From: a virus
Taxonomy: Duplodnaviria; Caudoviricetes
IMG/VR virus record: IMGVR_UViG_3300017917_003016
Span: 32,001-96,000 of that record
DNA: 64,000 nt
Direction: 5' to 3' (one strand)
Position 1 is the first letter of the stretch. Every line of letters begins with the position of its first letter. The position numbers were made by a program, and so were the translations under genes. This document shows positions 46,501 through 56,395 of this stretch, piece by piece. The notes beneath the pieces were generated by a model. That model saw nothing but the letters and a program-made list of their open reading frames with translations, made no database searches and was not told where the DNA came from.

Positions 46501-49500
46501 GTGTAAACTACTACCTGGGTAATACCGCAATTATCACCAGTAACGTTTATGTATCATCGGGTAACGTAACAGCACAATACCTATTTGGTAATGGTAGCCA
46601 ACTGACAGGCATACCAAGTTCATATAGCAATGTTCAAGTGGCTACTTACCTAGCCACAGGATTATCTTCAAATATTGTTGTTGGCACAGGAGCATTTTTT
46701 GTAGGTAATGTGTCAGCAACCACTACCATGCAATACAGTAGTGGTCAAGGTGGCTTACTATTTACAAAACTTGTAGGCGGAACCGGCGCGGCAATCTATA
46801 GTCTAAATGTGACCCCAAGTGCACAAAACTATGCTTTGTCAACCAATGGAGCATCATTGAATTTAAATGCACCAACTGGTGGCGGCGTTTATACCAGCAT
46901 CAACAATACCTTAGTTACATCATTGACTGCTGGATACTTGAACGTAGCAGGCAATGTGTCAGCGGCAAACGTTTCAGCACAATATCTATTTGGTGACGGT
47001 AGCAATCTAACCAATATGTATAGCAACGTAAACGTTACCAATTACTTGCCGTCGCACACAGGCAACGTTGGTGTTAACTACTTGCTAGGTACGACACCAA
47101 ATGTAATATTAACAGCAGGCACATTCAACAGTACATTTGACACTCTGGGTAATGTGTCCATGCCCAATGTTTATGTTACTGGTAATGTCATTGCTGGATA
47201 TTTCATAGGCAATGGAAGTTTACTAACAGGATTGCCCAGCAGTTACAGCAACACCCAAACAGCCGCTTACCTGAATACCATGGGTTATAACCTGTATTCA
47301 AACGTAAACGTGGCCGCGTACATGCCCACATACTTGTCTAGTTACACAGGCAATATCACAGCACAGAACATTACCGTCAGCGGCAATATTAATCTAACTG
47401 GTAATATCCTGCAGATCAACAGCGCGGTATTCTATGGTAATGTTGGCACGGGCTTCTCGGCATTATACGCTGGTGCCCCTGGCTATACACAACTACCACA
47501 AGTAGTAGCGCAGTTTACAACCAACTATAATGGCTACGCACAACTTAACTCACAAAATTTAGGTGTTGGTAACCAAGCATCAACCGACTTTGTAGCCACT
47601 GCTAATAATGGTAATGACAGCGCATACTTCGTAGATTTGGGCATTGCAGGCAATGGATACGATCCTGCAGTGGGTGCTAATAACAACGCACTTGGTACAG
47701 TATTATCAGCCAACGATGCTTACTTGTACACCGCAGGTAATACCGCAGTTAATGTGGGTGGTAACTTGGTTATTGGTGTTCAAACACAGAATAAGAACAT
47801 TAAATTCTTTGCTGGCGGCGTTAATGCCAACAATGTGGTGTTGACCATAGCCAATACTGGTATCACTACAAGTAACGTCACAGCCGACTATTTGATTGCC
47901 AGTGGGCAGTTCTTAACATCATTACCGGGATATGCCTACAGCAATGTCAATGTCAAAGCCTATACTGAGTCTATGGGCTTCCAAAATTACGGTAATGTCA
48001 ACGTAGCAGCATTGATAACAACCAATGGACTTACCAACTACAGTAATGTTAACGTAGCAGCATATGCTCAAACTCAAGGTTATACTAACTATAGTAATGT
48101 TAATGCAGCAGCATTTACGTCGGGACTCACAAACTACAGTAACGTAAACACTGCAGCCTACTTAAACAGCCAAGGTTATAACCTATACAGCAATGTCAAC
48201 GTAATCGCTTATCTAGCAGGTAATATCACTGTGGGTAATGTCACTGCTACATATTTTACTGGTAACGGTGCATTCTTAACAGGGTTACCGGCGGGTTATA
48301 GTAATGTTCAGACTGCAGCATATTTAAACGCTACAGGTTACAACTTATATAGCAATGTCAACGTTGCGGCTTACCTAAGCACAGCAACTATTAATACCAC
48401 AGGTAATATCACGGCCGCTTACATCAGCGGTAATATTTCAGTAACTGGTAATGTAACAGGCACAAGTCCAAATGTAACGATACAAGCCGGCAGTTACTCG
48501 AGTGTATTTGATAATCAAGGTAATGTTACAGTTCCAAGATTATTTGCCAACGGTAATATTCAAAGCACAGGTTACGTATTTGGTAACGGCGCGTTCTTAA
48601 CTGGTGTAGTTACAGGTAGTAGTTACAGCAATGTCCAAGTGGCCACATACTTGCCAACTTACTCGGGCAATATTGCCAATGTCAGGCTTGGCGTAAGTGG
48701 TGTGTTAACATTCCCAGATGGCACAACACAAATCACAGCAGCCACAGGCGGCGGAAGTTCGTATAGCAATGTCAATGTAGCAGCCTATATATCAACCTAC
48801 ACAGGAAATTTATCAGCAGGTAATGCCAATATTATCAGCAATTTAACTGTTGGTAGTTACATATCAACATCGGGTACAGGCGGTAACATTTCAGGTGTTA
48901 ACTTCTACCTTGGTAACCTTGCTATCCTAACAGGCAATATCACAGCCAGTTCGTTCATCGGTAGCGGTATATACTTGTCAGCACTACCCGGATATGCTTA
49001 TAGCAATGTTAATGTTATTGCTTATCTAAATGCAACTGGCTACAACTTATACAGTAATGTAAACGTGGCCGCCTATCTAACAACCTACGGTGGTGCAATA
49101 CAGTCGAGTAACGTTCAAACAACCACAGCCAACATACAGGCACTCACAGCATCTACTAACAATGCCACTGGTGCACTGCGTGTCATGGGCGGTGCCGGCA
49201 TACGCGGTAACTTGAATGTAGGATCATTGGATATTCCAGGTGCTCTGCATACTATAGTGGGTAATGTTAGTGTTACTGGCGCTGGCACTGAATACTTTAA
49301 CATTGGTGGCAACGTCATGGCCATCCAAGGTTCGTTTGGTTCAATCAATGCCACTGGTGCAATCAATACCACAGGTAACGTTTTGGCTGCTAGCATTGTT
49401 GGTACATTAGCCACTGCTAGTCAGACAGGTATTACCGCAGTTGGTACATTGGCTACCTTAACTGTATCAGGTAATGCCACAGTTGGTAATTTAGTGGGTG

Positions 49501-51410
49501 TTGAGGCTAACACACGTATTATTGCTAACAATTATGTGTCAACGTTTGATATCTATGGAAATGTAACATTCCCTGGTAATGTTATTGCTACACGGTTTAT
49601 CGGTGACGGTAGTCTACTAACTGGTATCGCAGGCGGTGGAACTAACTATTCAAACGTAAACGTGGCTGCTTATTTAAATACACAAGGTTACAACTTATAC
49701 AGTAACGTAAACGTGGCTAGTTATCTAGGCACAGGTCAGATTACAGTTGCTAATCTAAAATTGGCACCAAGTGGCAATATCGTATTTGCTGATGGTACAA
49801 CACAGACCACAGCAGGTATTAATAATAATTATGGTAATGTAAACGTAGCAAGTTATCTGGGCGCAATGAACCCAGTTAAACTTGGGTCAGGTGCAGGTGC
49901 AACAAGCCAAGGTACAGATGCGGTGGCCATTGGCCGTGATGCCGGCAAACAACAGGGCACAGAAGCAGTGGCCATTGGTGTTATAGCAGGTCAGACCAAT
50001 CAAGGAAATTGGGGTGTAGCAATTGGCAGTAGTGCAGGTGCAAGTAATCAAGGCGCTCGTGCGGTGGCCATTGGTGTACAGGCTGCTGAAGTTACTCAAG
50101 GCGTGGGCGCAGTGGCCCTTGGTGCATATGCAGGTGACAACAATCAAGGACAATATGCCATTGCTGTTGGTTATCAAGCAGGTCCCCTTAATCAACCACA
50201 AAACAGTATTATATTAAACGCCAGCGGGTCAACATTAAATGTTTCTAATAGTGGTCTATATGTAAATCCAGTACGAAATGATTTGGCCAATGTTGCTAAT
50301 GTAATTTATTACAATGCAGCAACCAATGAACTAACCTATGCGCCAGCAAGCGCCATATATTCAAATGTACAGGTCGCTACATATCTGCCAACTTATAGTG
50401 GAAATATTTCTTCTGGTAATGTTACAACTATTGGTAATGTCACAGCCAGTTACTTGGTTGGTACACAAGTTGGTAATAGTGTTGGTACTACGGCAACCTA
50501 CACTGGTAACATATCGGCTGGTAATGTCTCAGTTACAGGCAACGTTACTGCCGGTTACTTAGTTGGCATTCATGTTGGTAACGCAGTTGGTACAACAGCC
50601 ACATATACCGGTAATGTTAATGCCGCATACTTCATCGGTAATATCGCTAGTAGCCCAAGTGGTAATCTAAACGTTGTTGGCAACTTGATATCTACAGGTT
50701 ATGGCTTCTTCCCAGGAGCATATAACGAAAGTGCTACAACATCTGGTGTGTTTATTGGTAACACTGGTAGTGGGACACCAACTCCACGTATTGGATTCTA
50801 CAATGGTAACGTTACACAGAACTGGCAGGTAGACAACTACTTTGGCCAATTCCGTTGGTTTACTCCTGGCATTACACAGATGACATTAGATCCTACTGGC
50901 AGTTTGTCAGTAACAAACGCTACGGTTACAACATTAACAGCAACCGGAAACGCAAACGTTGCTGGTACTGGTGGCATATCTATACCAAATCGACCAGCGT
51001 TCCGGGTAACTGGACAAGGTAGTTCACAGACTACAGGTGCTAACCTTACATCTAGCAACTGGACTGTTGATTATACCCAAGGAAACTCTGCGGCTTATCT
51101 AAACGGTACTAATGGTACATTTACAGCACCAGTGGCTGGCCTATACCAAACCAGCCTAACAGCCAGAACATCGACTAATACTAATGCTAGTATCATACAA
51201 GCAGTGATATATCAGATAAAAGGTGGAACTCAAACAGTGGCTCTGATGATTGAGTGGGGACCAAATACCTCATTTAATCACGCTAGTGGATCAACTACGG
51301 TTAAATTGGCTGCAGGCGACAAACTGTATGTAACCTGTACAGCCAATGGCGGCGGCTCAGGATTCAGTTTTGACGGTAATGATCATTGGGACGTAGTCTA
51401 TTTGGGATAA
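43581..51410 (+). CDS. Giant fibre/adhesin protein (2609 aa) with YadA-like repeats and a C-terminal C1q-like domain
   Basis: VNSVAGRTGNVIL N-terminus; YSNVNVAAYL repeats; AVAIG repeats; PAFRV...FTAPVAGLY...VKLAAGD. Confidence 0.75.
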   Translation: MSDPVNSVAGRTGNVILTVNDIVGFDNANFANTAYVDLQLNAIVGGAPGALQTLANLANALNDGSNIASVIINDITLLQANDAVQSGNIRTLQNQVTALQLGNAAVTGRVTSLETANTVQYAAISSISTTITNMLNGTAQFQDLVTVGNGIYNLGSEIHQWKYGYFTDKIFLGGHQLTVDYYGNLRIDGHLVATGNVNLDLSNYSGNIVPSTNRRYTIGNVNYQWHSLFVSNTVYIGGTSLTISNGNLLVNGNVITGSGGTANTGNIVFNGTSIALDAGKVAAASTVLELSPNAEGWAYLQLPNDISGNIYNTRLHNDAGNVEIGTGDSSHGGPGYTWTFGRDGLTRFPSGLRFPGQYSDIVTANVGIDNKDIDIYTNEWMGGGVEVYLEHDSRVSIQTNNGGYIWGFDKYGNLTLPHNSRITEVPSPVPGNYALSLSGTGAVSPDQQLLIYPTSIDANHLHLTTGNLYNTELFFGNDDLFVKLSNIGDIVVNTNNNQGNTAQWTFGADGTLTTPGTVKTNLISSRAAGQRVTIDPDGTNLSYIRVDGFDDGGERIVISNQFTNSLGMYFYTENGTFRMYQNMLGFPDSTWQTTAFSNAAIDTYLVAETVKNIHGNVTIFGNLFVNGSTTTISTNNYVISDNIVNFANANPADSLDIGFVGHRTPSGQPLQHTGLVRDASANQWKLFSNVTQNPGATVDFTDAVYDDLQVGNITSPTITAINANIAAANAAIAFANTIQSQQIAAANVGMKGYVDSQTFYSNARVATYLQYGNIANISAAGNVTATYFIGNGALLTGIAASSSYSNVQVATYLPTYSGNLSAGGYFGMAGADGTTVVDFQTGAATNQIITLSSNYTFSIKAGAAASNRGSLVLESGQNSRVRINGNGSNVLITAGNGTQSSTWIFANSGVLTFPDGTTQTTAASGGGSNYSNSNVASYLVTYTGNLSAGNANIISNLTVGSYLTTSGTGGNISGVNYYLGNTAIITSNVYVSSGNVTAQYLFGNGSQLTGIPSSYSNVQVATYLATGLSSNIVVGTGAFFVGNVSATTTMQYSSGQGGLLFTKLVGGTGAAIYSLNVTPSAQNYALSTNGASLNLNAPTGGGVYTSINNTLVTSLTAGYLNVAGNVSAANVSAQYLFGDGSNLTNMYSNVNVTNYLPSHTGNVGVNYLLGTTPNVILTAGTFNSTFDTLGNVSMPNVYVTGNVIAGYFIGNGSLLTGLPSSYSNTQTAAYLNTMGYNLYSNVNVAAYMPTYLSSYTGNITAQNITVSGNINLTGNILQINSAVFYGNVGTGFSALYAGAPGYTQLPQVVAQFTTNYNGYAQLNSQNLGVGNQASTDFVATANNGNDSAYFVDLGIAGNGYDPAVGANNNALGTVLSANDAYLYTAGNTAVNVGGNLVIGVQTQNKNIKFFAGGVNANNVVLTIANTGITTSNVTADYLIASGQFLTSLPGYAYSNVNVKAYTESMGFQNYGNVNVAALITTNGLTNYSNVNVAAYAQTQGYTNYSNVNAAAFTSGLTNYSNVNTAAYLNSQGYNLYSNVNVIAYLAGNITVGNVTATYFTGNGAFLTGLPAGYSNVQTAAYLNATGYNLYSNVNVAAYLSTATINTTGNITAAYISGNISVTGNVTGTSPNVTIQAGSYSSVFDNQGNVTVPRLFANGNIQSTGYVFGNGAFLTGVVTGSSYSNVQVATYLPTYSGNIANVRLGVSGVLTFPDGTTQITAATGGGSSYSNVNVAAYISTYTGNLSAGNANIISNLTVGSYISTSGTGGNISGVNFYLGNLAILTGNITASSFIGSGIYLSALPGYAYSNVNVIAYLNATGYNLYSNVNVAAYLTTYGGAIQSSNVQTTTANIQALTASTNNATGALRVMGGAGIRGNLNVGSLDIPGALHTIVGNVSVTGAGTEYFNIGGNVMAIQGSFGSINATGAINTTGNVLAASIVGTLATASQTGITAVGTLATLTVSGNATVGNLVGVEANTRIIANNYVSTFDIYGNVTFPGNVIATRFIGDGSLLTGIAGGGTNYSNVNVAAYLNTQGYNLYSNVNVASYLGTGQITVANLKLAPSGNIVFADGTTQTTAGINNNYGNVNVASYLGAMNPVKLGSGAGATSQGTDAVAIGRDAGKQQGTEAVAIGVIAGQTNQGNWGVAIGSSAGASNQGARAVAIGVQAAEVTQGVGAVALGAYAGDNNQGQYAIAVGYQAGPLNQPQNSIILNASGSTLNVSNSGLYVNPVRNDLANVANVIYYNAATNELTYAPASAIYSNVQVATYLPTYSGNISSGNVTTIGNVTASYLVGTQVGNSVGTTATYTGNISAGNVSVTGNVTAGYLVGIHVGNAVGTTATYTGNVNAAYFIGNIASSPSGNLNVVGNLISTGYGFFPGAYNESATTSGVFIGNTGSGTPTPRIGFYNGNVTQNWQVDNYFGQFRWFTPGITQMTLDPTGSLSVTNATVTTLTATGNANVAGTGGISIPNRPAFRVTGQGSSQTTGANLTSSNWTVDYTQGNSAAYLNGTNGTFTAPVAGLYQTSLTARTSTNTNASIIQAVIYQIKGGTQTVALMIEWGPNTSFNHASGSTTVKLAAGDKLYVTCTANGGGSGFSFDGNDHWDVVYLG
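45860..50400 (+). repeat. Dispersed coding repeat YSNV(N/Q)V(A)(A/T)YL
   Basis: About 23 copies counted in the translation. Confidence 0.85.
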
Positions 51411-51419
51411 GGATAATCA

Positions 51420-52166
51420 ATGGCAATAATAGGATCAGGAATAACAATAGGATCAGGCATAACATTTAGCCCGCCCTATTCCATCACTTCAGCACAACTG
51501 ATCTATGATTTAGATGCGGCTAACTTTGTTTCAACCCCAGTAACTGGCAATCTTGACGCCACTGGTACTTATTCACTGACAGTGACCAATGCAGGGAGTA
51601 TTAGTTGGAAAAGTGCCAACGGTGGCTACTTTGAAAAGAACAATGCCACAGGTACAGACCATATCACTGGTGGACCTAACTACGCTACCAGCCAAAGTTA
51701 TACAGTATTCCTAGCATATCAAGTTGACAGTAGAAGCGGTGGCAGACTATTAAACACATCTAGTGAAGCGGTCAGCGACTGGCTAGCAGGCAGTTATTTT
51801 ACTGGTAGTTATTACAAGAATGTATTCTTTCCGGCTACCACTGTTAACTTGAGTAGTGATGTTTACACTACCAATAGTGGTTGGAACTTCCTTTGGGCAC
51901 TGTACAACACCACCACAGGTTGGGGTAACTTGTATATCGCGTCCAGCACAGTCAACAATGTCACAGGCCCAAGTGCAGTATACAAATCAGTACTTGTTGG
52001 ATCAGGCAGTGGCCACGGATTTAATCAATTGAGAATGTTCAGTCGTGCAGCAGGCAGTGAAGTTCAAACAGGCAATATTGGTTTTGTCAAAGTATGGAAT
52101 GGTATACTGTCCACAGCAGACATACAATATCTGTGGGGACAATATCACACGAGATTTGGAATATAA
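51420..52166 (+). CDS. ConA/LamG-like lectin-fold protein
   Basis: LIYDLDAAN...GNIGFVKVWNGILSTADIQYLW. Confidence 0.6.
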   Translation: MAIIGSGITIGSGITFSPPYSITSAQLIYDLDAANFVSTPVTGNLDATGTYSLTVTNAGSISWKSANGGYFEKNNATGTDHITGGPNYATSQSYTVFLAYQVDSRSGGRLLNTSSEAVSDWLAGSYFTGSYYKNVFFPATTVNLSSDVYTTNSGWNFLWALYNTTTGWGNLYIASSTVNNVTGPSAVYKSVLVGSGSGHGFNQLRMFSRAAGSEVQTGNIGFVKVWNGILSTADIQYLWGQYHTRFGI

Positions 52167-52168
52167 GC

Positions 52169-52864
52169 ATGCTGATCTCAGGTGTAACACTCACAGGCAC
52201 TTATATCACAGACGTTCCACCTATAGTTACCAGTGGATTAACTTTGAATATAGATGCAGGAAATTCTACTAGTTATCCAGGTAGTGGCACAACTTGGTTT
52301 GATCTTGCTGGCACCGCTGACAACATAACTTTAGTTGGCAGTCCTGCCTATACTGCAGGTACTCCTGCGTATTTTACATTCAATGGAGCAACTCAATACG
52401 GCACCGGCTCTGCGGCCAATTTGCTGGATACTACAGCATATACAAAATCTGTTTGGTTTCAGGCCAGCAGTTACGTCGACAATAATTTAGTCAGCAGCGA
52501 CACCGGTGGGCACTTTATGTACATGTCGGGCTCTAGCAAACTATACTGCGGCCATGCCAATTGGCCAGTGTACTCTGCCTATCCATCTACAGCAACAATT
52601 AATCTGAACACATGGTATAATGCTGCTTTGACATTTAGTACTACTAACGGTATGGTTCTGTACATCAATGGCAGTCAAGACAGCACCTACATAGCCAATA
52701 AAACTGCTCGCTCGGGTGACGGGTCAACAAACATTGCCTGCTTTGGTGCTGGCGGAAATTTATTAAATGGTCGCCTGTCACAGGTTCTGTTGTATAACAG
52801 AGAATTAACAGCCGCCGAAGTTCTGCAGAATTATCGTGCTCTAGCGTGGAGATACGGTCAATGA
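52169..52864 (+). CDS. LamG/ConA-like lectin-fold protein
   Basis: GLTLNIDAGNSTSYPGSGTTWFDL...LYINGS...YNRELTAAEVLQNY. Confidence 0.75.
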   Translation: MLISGVTLTGTYITDVPPIVTSGLTLNIDAGNSTSYPGSGTTWFDLAGTADNITLVGSPAYTAGTPAYFTFNGATQYGTGSAANLLDTTAYTKSVWFQASSYVDNNLVSSDTGGHFMYMSGSSKLYCGHANWPVYSAYPSTATINLNTWYNAALTFSTTNGMVLYINGSQDSTYIANKTARSGDGSTNIACFGAGGNLLNGRLSQVLLYNRELTAAEVLQNYRALAWRYGQ

Positions 52865-53907
52865 TAATCCAAGGTGCGACCATCAGCGGTACTAGTATCT
52901 ATGATAAATCGACAGGTTTATATGGATTTACTAGTTTTACATTTACCAATGCCAATGCCGTAAATCGCACAGGGCCAACACTGCCGGGCCTGCTGGCCAG
53001 TTACGATACTGGTACTAACAGTTGGCTTAACAACACTAACTATTTTAATGTGACCACACAGGGTATTCAAACTTGGACGGTGCCTAGAACGGGCACATAC
53101 CAAATTGAAGTAGTGGGTGCTGCGGGCGGTGAACCATTTAGTACTAATGTCAACACTGGCTTTGGCGCCAAAATGGTCGGCAATGTATCATTAACACAAG
53201 GAGACAAAATCAATATCGTAGTTGGTCAACGAGGCTACCCAATGTCTCCAAACGTTGCCGCTGGCGCGTATAATGCAGGTGGGGGAGGTGGTAGTTTTGT
53301 ATTCCGCAACATAACCGACCTAGTACCATTAATGGCCGCAGGTGGAGGCGGTGGCGGAACTCTAAGCGCGGGTACAAATCCCCGTGCTAATGCGGCTGTT
53401 TTCGCCAATGGTATACCCGGAACAGGCTACTCAGATTCGGCTGCTGCCGCTTTTTCTGGACTGGTCACAGGTGCTAACATAGGTCAAGGTGGTATAAACA
53501 TATCAACAACAACATACAAAGTTGGAGCCGGGGGTGGTTGGACCACCAACGGTCAGGGAGGTCACGCATTGTGTACCTATCCAGTATCGGGAGGCAATGG
53601 CGGCTCCAATGCCAACCCATTCCTAGGTGGTTATGGTAATAACACACAATCTGGCTCATTGGTTAATAACCAAGGTGGGGGTTTTGGTGGTGGTGGCGGC
53701 GGCACAGGGCGTTGCGGACAAAGTGGATCGGGTGGTGGTGGTGGCTACACCGGCGGTAGCATGGGTACGGATACCAATACCACTCCAGCCACTCAGAGGG
53801 CGCAAGGCGGTGGTAGTTATATAGATACAGTGAATGTTACCACAGTCAGTACCAGCATCTATCCATTTTTAGCCAATGGCTATGTTACGGTTACTCTAAT
53901 ATCATGA
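52861..53907 (+). CDS. Glycine-rich adhesin-like protein 1
   Basis: QGIQTWTVPRTGTYQIEVVGAAGG; polyglycine motifs. Confidence 0.7.
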   Translation: MIIQGATISGTSIYDKSTGLYGFTSFTFTNANAVNRTGPTLPGLLASYDTGTNSWLNNTNYFNVTTQGIQTWTVPRTGTYQIEVVGAAGGEPFSTNVNTGFGAKMVGNVSLTQGDKINIVVGQRGYPMSPNVAAGAYNAGGGGGSFVFRNITDLVPLMAAGGGGGGTLSAGTNPRANAAVFANGIPGTGYSDSAAAAFSGLVTGANIGQGGINISTTTYKVGAGGGWTTNGQGGHALCTYPVSGGNGGSNANPFLGGYGNNTQSGSLVNNQGGGFGGGGGGTGRCGQSGSGGGGGYTGGSMGTDTNTTPATQRAQGGGSYIDTVNVTTVSTSIYPFLANGYVTVTLIS

Positions 53908-54074
53908 TAATAGACGCTAAAGAACGATACAAAATTTGCCAAGAGTGCGAATATTTTGATAACACCACCAAAATATGCAAAGAATGCTGGTGTTTTATGC
54001 CTGCTAAAACCAAATTGCCTATGGCAACATGTCCCAAAGACAAATGGGAACCTGTTAATATTGTGAGATCATAA
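53904..54074 (+). CDS. Small Cys-rich protein (56 aa)
   Basis: Manually read ERYKICQECEYF...CKECWCFMPAK...CPKDKW. Confidence 0.7.
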   Translation: MIIDAKERYKICQECEYFDNTTKICKECWCFMPAKTKLPMATCPKDKWEPVNIVRS

Positions 54075-55087
54075 TGCAGATCATTGGCGGACGAATCAAC
54101 GGTGGTAGGATACAAGATCTCAGCGATCTATACGCATTCTCTACCTTCTTATTCACCAATGGTAATGCGCAAGGACGTACTGGTCCTACACTGGCGGGAT
54201 TACTAACTACCTATAGTAATGCAGGTAACTCTTGGATTACCAGCACTGCCTATCTAGATGTGCAAACACAAGGCATACAGCTATGGACAGTGCCACACAC
54301 TGGTACCTATCAAATCACTGCCGCTGGTGCTGGTGGTGGATATAATTTAAAACATAACCTCATGGGCGGTAACGGTGCTATCGTCACTAACCAAGTTAGC
54401 CTAAATCGTGGACAACAGTTGGCTATCGTAGTAGGACAGCGTGGCGGTAATTGTAATGTCGCTACTGCTTATTCAGGTGGTGCTGGTGGTGGTGGCTCGT
54501 TCGTCTATGACAATTCTACTATTACCTATTATACCGTAGCAGGTGGCGGTGGAGGCGCGGCATCAGCCACAGCGGCATTACTTACCACACAGGCCAATGC
54601 TCACGCTAACGCTTTTTCCGTCAACGGTGGAACTATCACTGGTTCTACTACATTCCGCGCCAATGGTGGTCAAGGTGGTCAAGGTGGTAACGTTGAGATG
54701 GCTACCAAATTGATCACAGGTGCTGCAGGTGCAGGTATACTAACCAGCGGGCAAGATGGACAAACCTATACTGGAACACAGCAATGGGGCGGAACCCGTG
54801 CTAATAATTGGGTAGGTGGTAATACCTATACGACTTTTGGTGCGCCTGGTGGCTTTGGCGGTGGTGGTGCCGCCTGTAACTCAGACAGCACTTATTATAA
54901 CAATTCTACTTATATTTGGCCAGGCGGTGGAGGTGGATATTCAGGTGGCGCCGCTGGATTCAACACTCGCGCAGGTGATGGTCAGTATGCAGGCGGCGGC
55001 GGCAGTTATACCACAGGCACTTTCATCAGTGGCGTCACTGGTGGCAATTTTGGCAATGGTTACGTGCAGATAACCAAGATAAACTAA
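54074..55087 (+). CDS. Glycine-rich adhesin-like protein 2 (paralogue of 52861)
   Basis: FTNGNAQGRTGPTL...QGIQLWTVPHTGTYQITAAGAGGG. Confidence 0.7.
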   Translation: MQIIGGRINGGRIQDLSDLYAFSTFLFTNGNAQGRTGPTLAGLLTTYSNAGNSWITSTAYLDVQTQGIQLWTVPHTGTYQITAAGAGGGYNLKHNLMGGNGAIVTNQVSLNRGQQLAIVVGQRGGNCNVATAYSGGAGGGGSFVYDNSTITYYTVAGGGGGAASATAALLTTQANAHANAFSVNGGTITGSTTFRANGGQGGQGGNVEMATKLITGAAGAGILTSGQDGQTYTGTQQWGGTRANNWVGGNTYTTFGAPGGFGGGGAACNSDSTYYNNSTYIWPGGGGGYSGGAAGFNTRAGDGQYAGGGGSYTTGTFISGVTGGNFGNGYVQITKIN

Positions 55088-55088
55088 T

Positions 55089-55337
55089 ATGAGAGCAGAC
55101 ATTTTTCTAAATCCTAACCCAGGTGACACTTACGATTATGATGGCAGCACTTTTGTCTATGATGGTGAACATTGGGTAGATGATGCGGACGGTGATACAT
55201 TTTGGGTTAGCGAAGCTACTCCGCCGCCTTGCGACATAACTTGGTCAGCGGTGTATTATTGGTATAAACCCAGCGAAAACGCTATAACCAAATACAATCC
55301 TGAAACCAACATTTGGGATTTAGTCATAAACTATTGA
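55089..55337 (+). CDS. Small tail-associated hypothetical protein
   Basis: PNPGDTY...FVYDGEHW. Confidence 0.5.
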   Translation: MRADIFLNPNPGDTYDYDGSTFVYDGEHWVDDADGDTFWVSEATPPPCDITWSAVYYWYKPSENAITKYNPETNIWDLVINY

Positions 55338-55362
55338 TCTATCCAAAAAATCAGTGCATAAT
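55334..55362 (+). promoter_or_regulatory. Sigma70-like promoter of the primase-helicase operon
   Basis: TTGATC-N17-CATAAT. Confidence 0.5.
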
Positions 55363-55369
55363 GTAGTAT

Positions 55370-56395
55370 ATGCTGAATATCATAAGCGACTTCATACGAT
55401 CAATCTTACCAGTTAAGAAAAAGACTACTCCAAGCGGTTGGACTAGTTTCAACGCACCCTGCTGTGTACACAATGGTGAAACTGCTGATACACGTGGACG
55501 CGGCGGACTAACTGCTAACACAGACGGTAGCGTCAGTTATCACTGCTTTAACTGCGGCTTCAAAGCCAGTTATCAACCCGGGCGACACCTAACCTTTAAG
55601 TTCCGCAAACTTCTTCGTTGGTTGGGTGCCGATGACACAGACGTCAAACGCCTGGTAATTGAGGCCATCAGAATCAAAGATCTGGTAGCACCCGAAACAG
55701 TCAAGGGAGAAATTGATGAGCCTGTGGTCTTTACTGCCAAATCCCTGCCAACAGGTTCAGTTAGTTTTGGAGAAATACGAACATTTCTTTCCCTAGCAGG
55801 CGAAAAATATGATGCTGATCAAAATGTTTTAAACAAACTCAACTACGTTGCACGTAGGCTAATAGACACACAAAAGTATGAATTTTACATTACAGACGCA
55901 GTAGAACACAGTCTACATCAGCGGGTGATCATACCATTTACCTGGCAGAACAAAGTCATAGGGTGGACTGCACGTGCTGTCACAGACGGAGTTAAACCCA
56001 AATACTACACCGATTGCGATCCTGGATATGTGTTTAACATTGACAGACAAGCAGCAGATTGGAAGTTTGTTATAGTATGTGAAGGACCGTTTGATGCTAT
56101 GAGTATCGATGGTGTAGCAGTTTTGGGCAGCGAATGCTCAGAACAACAAGCAGAAATAATTGAAAGTCTTGGACGAGAAGTAATTGTAGTGCCTGATAAA
56201 GATCGTGCTGGAGGAAAACTCATTAAAAATGCTATTGACTATGGGTGGAGTGTGAGTTTTCCTGTTTGGCAAGAAATTTGTAAAGACATTAACGAAGCCG
56301 TGATTAGGTACGGTAAGTTATTTGTAATGAAAAGTATATTGTCTGCTAAAGAGTCTAATAAATTAAAAATAGAATTAATGAGAAAAAAACTATGA
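55370..56395 (+). CDS. DNA primase
   Basis: Zinc finger APCCVH...YHCFNCG; TOPRIM motifs CEGPFDAMS and PDKDRAG; KDINEA. Confidence 0.88.
   Translation: MLNIISDFIRSILPVKKKTTPSGWTSFNAPCCVHNGETADTRGRGGLTANTDGSVSYHCFNCGFKASYQPGRHLTFKFRKLLRWLGADDTDVKRLVIEAIRIKDLVAPETVKGEIDEPVVFTAKSLPTGSVSFGEIRTFLSLAGEKYDADQNVLNKLNYVARRLIDTQKYEFYITDAVEHSLHQRVIIPFTWQNKVIGWTARAVTDGVKPKYYTDCDPGYVFNIDRQAADWKFVIVCEGPFDAMSIDGVAVLGSECSEQQAEIIESLGREVIVVPDKDRAGGKLIKNAIDYGWSVSFPVWQEICKDINEAVIRYGKLFVMKSILSAKESNKLKIELMRKKL

Noticed and set aside
38601-55087. Diversity-generating retroelement acting on the fibres
   Set aside because: No reverse transcriptase is in the window, and repeat differences are mostly synonymous rather than adenine-specific template/variable pairs.
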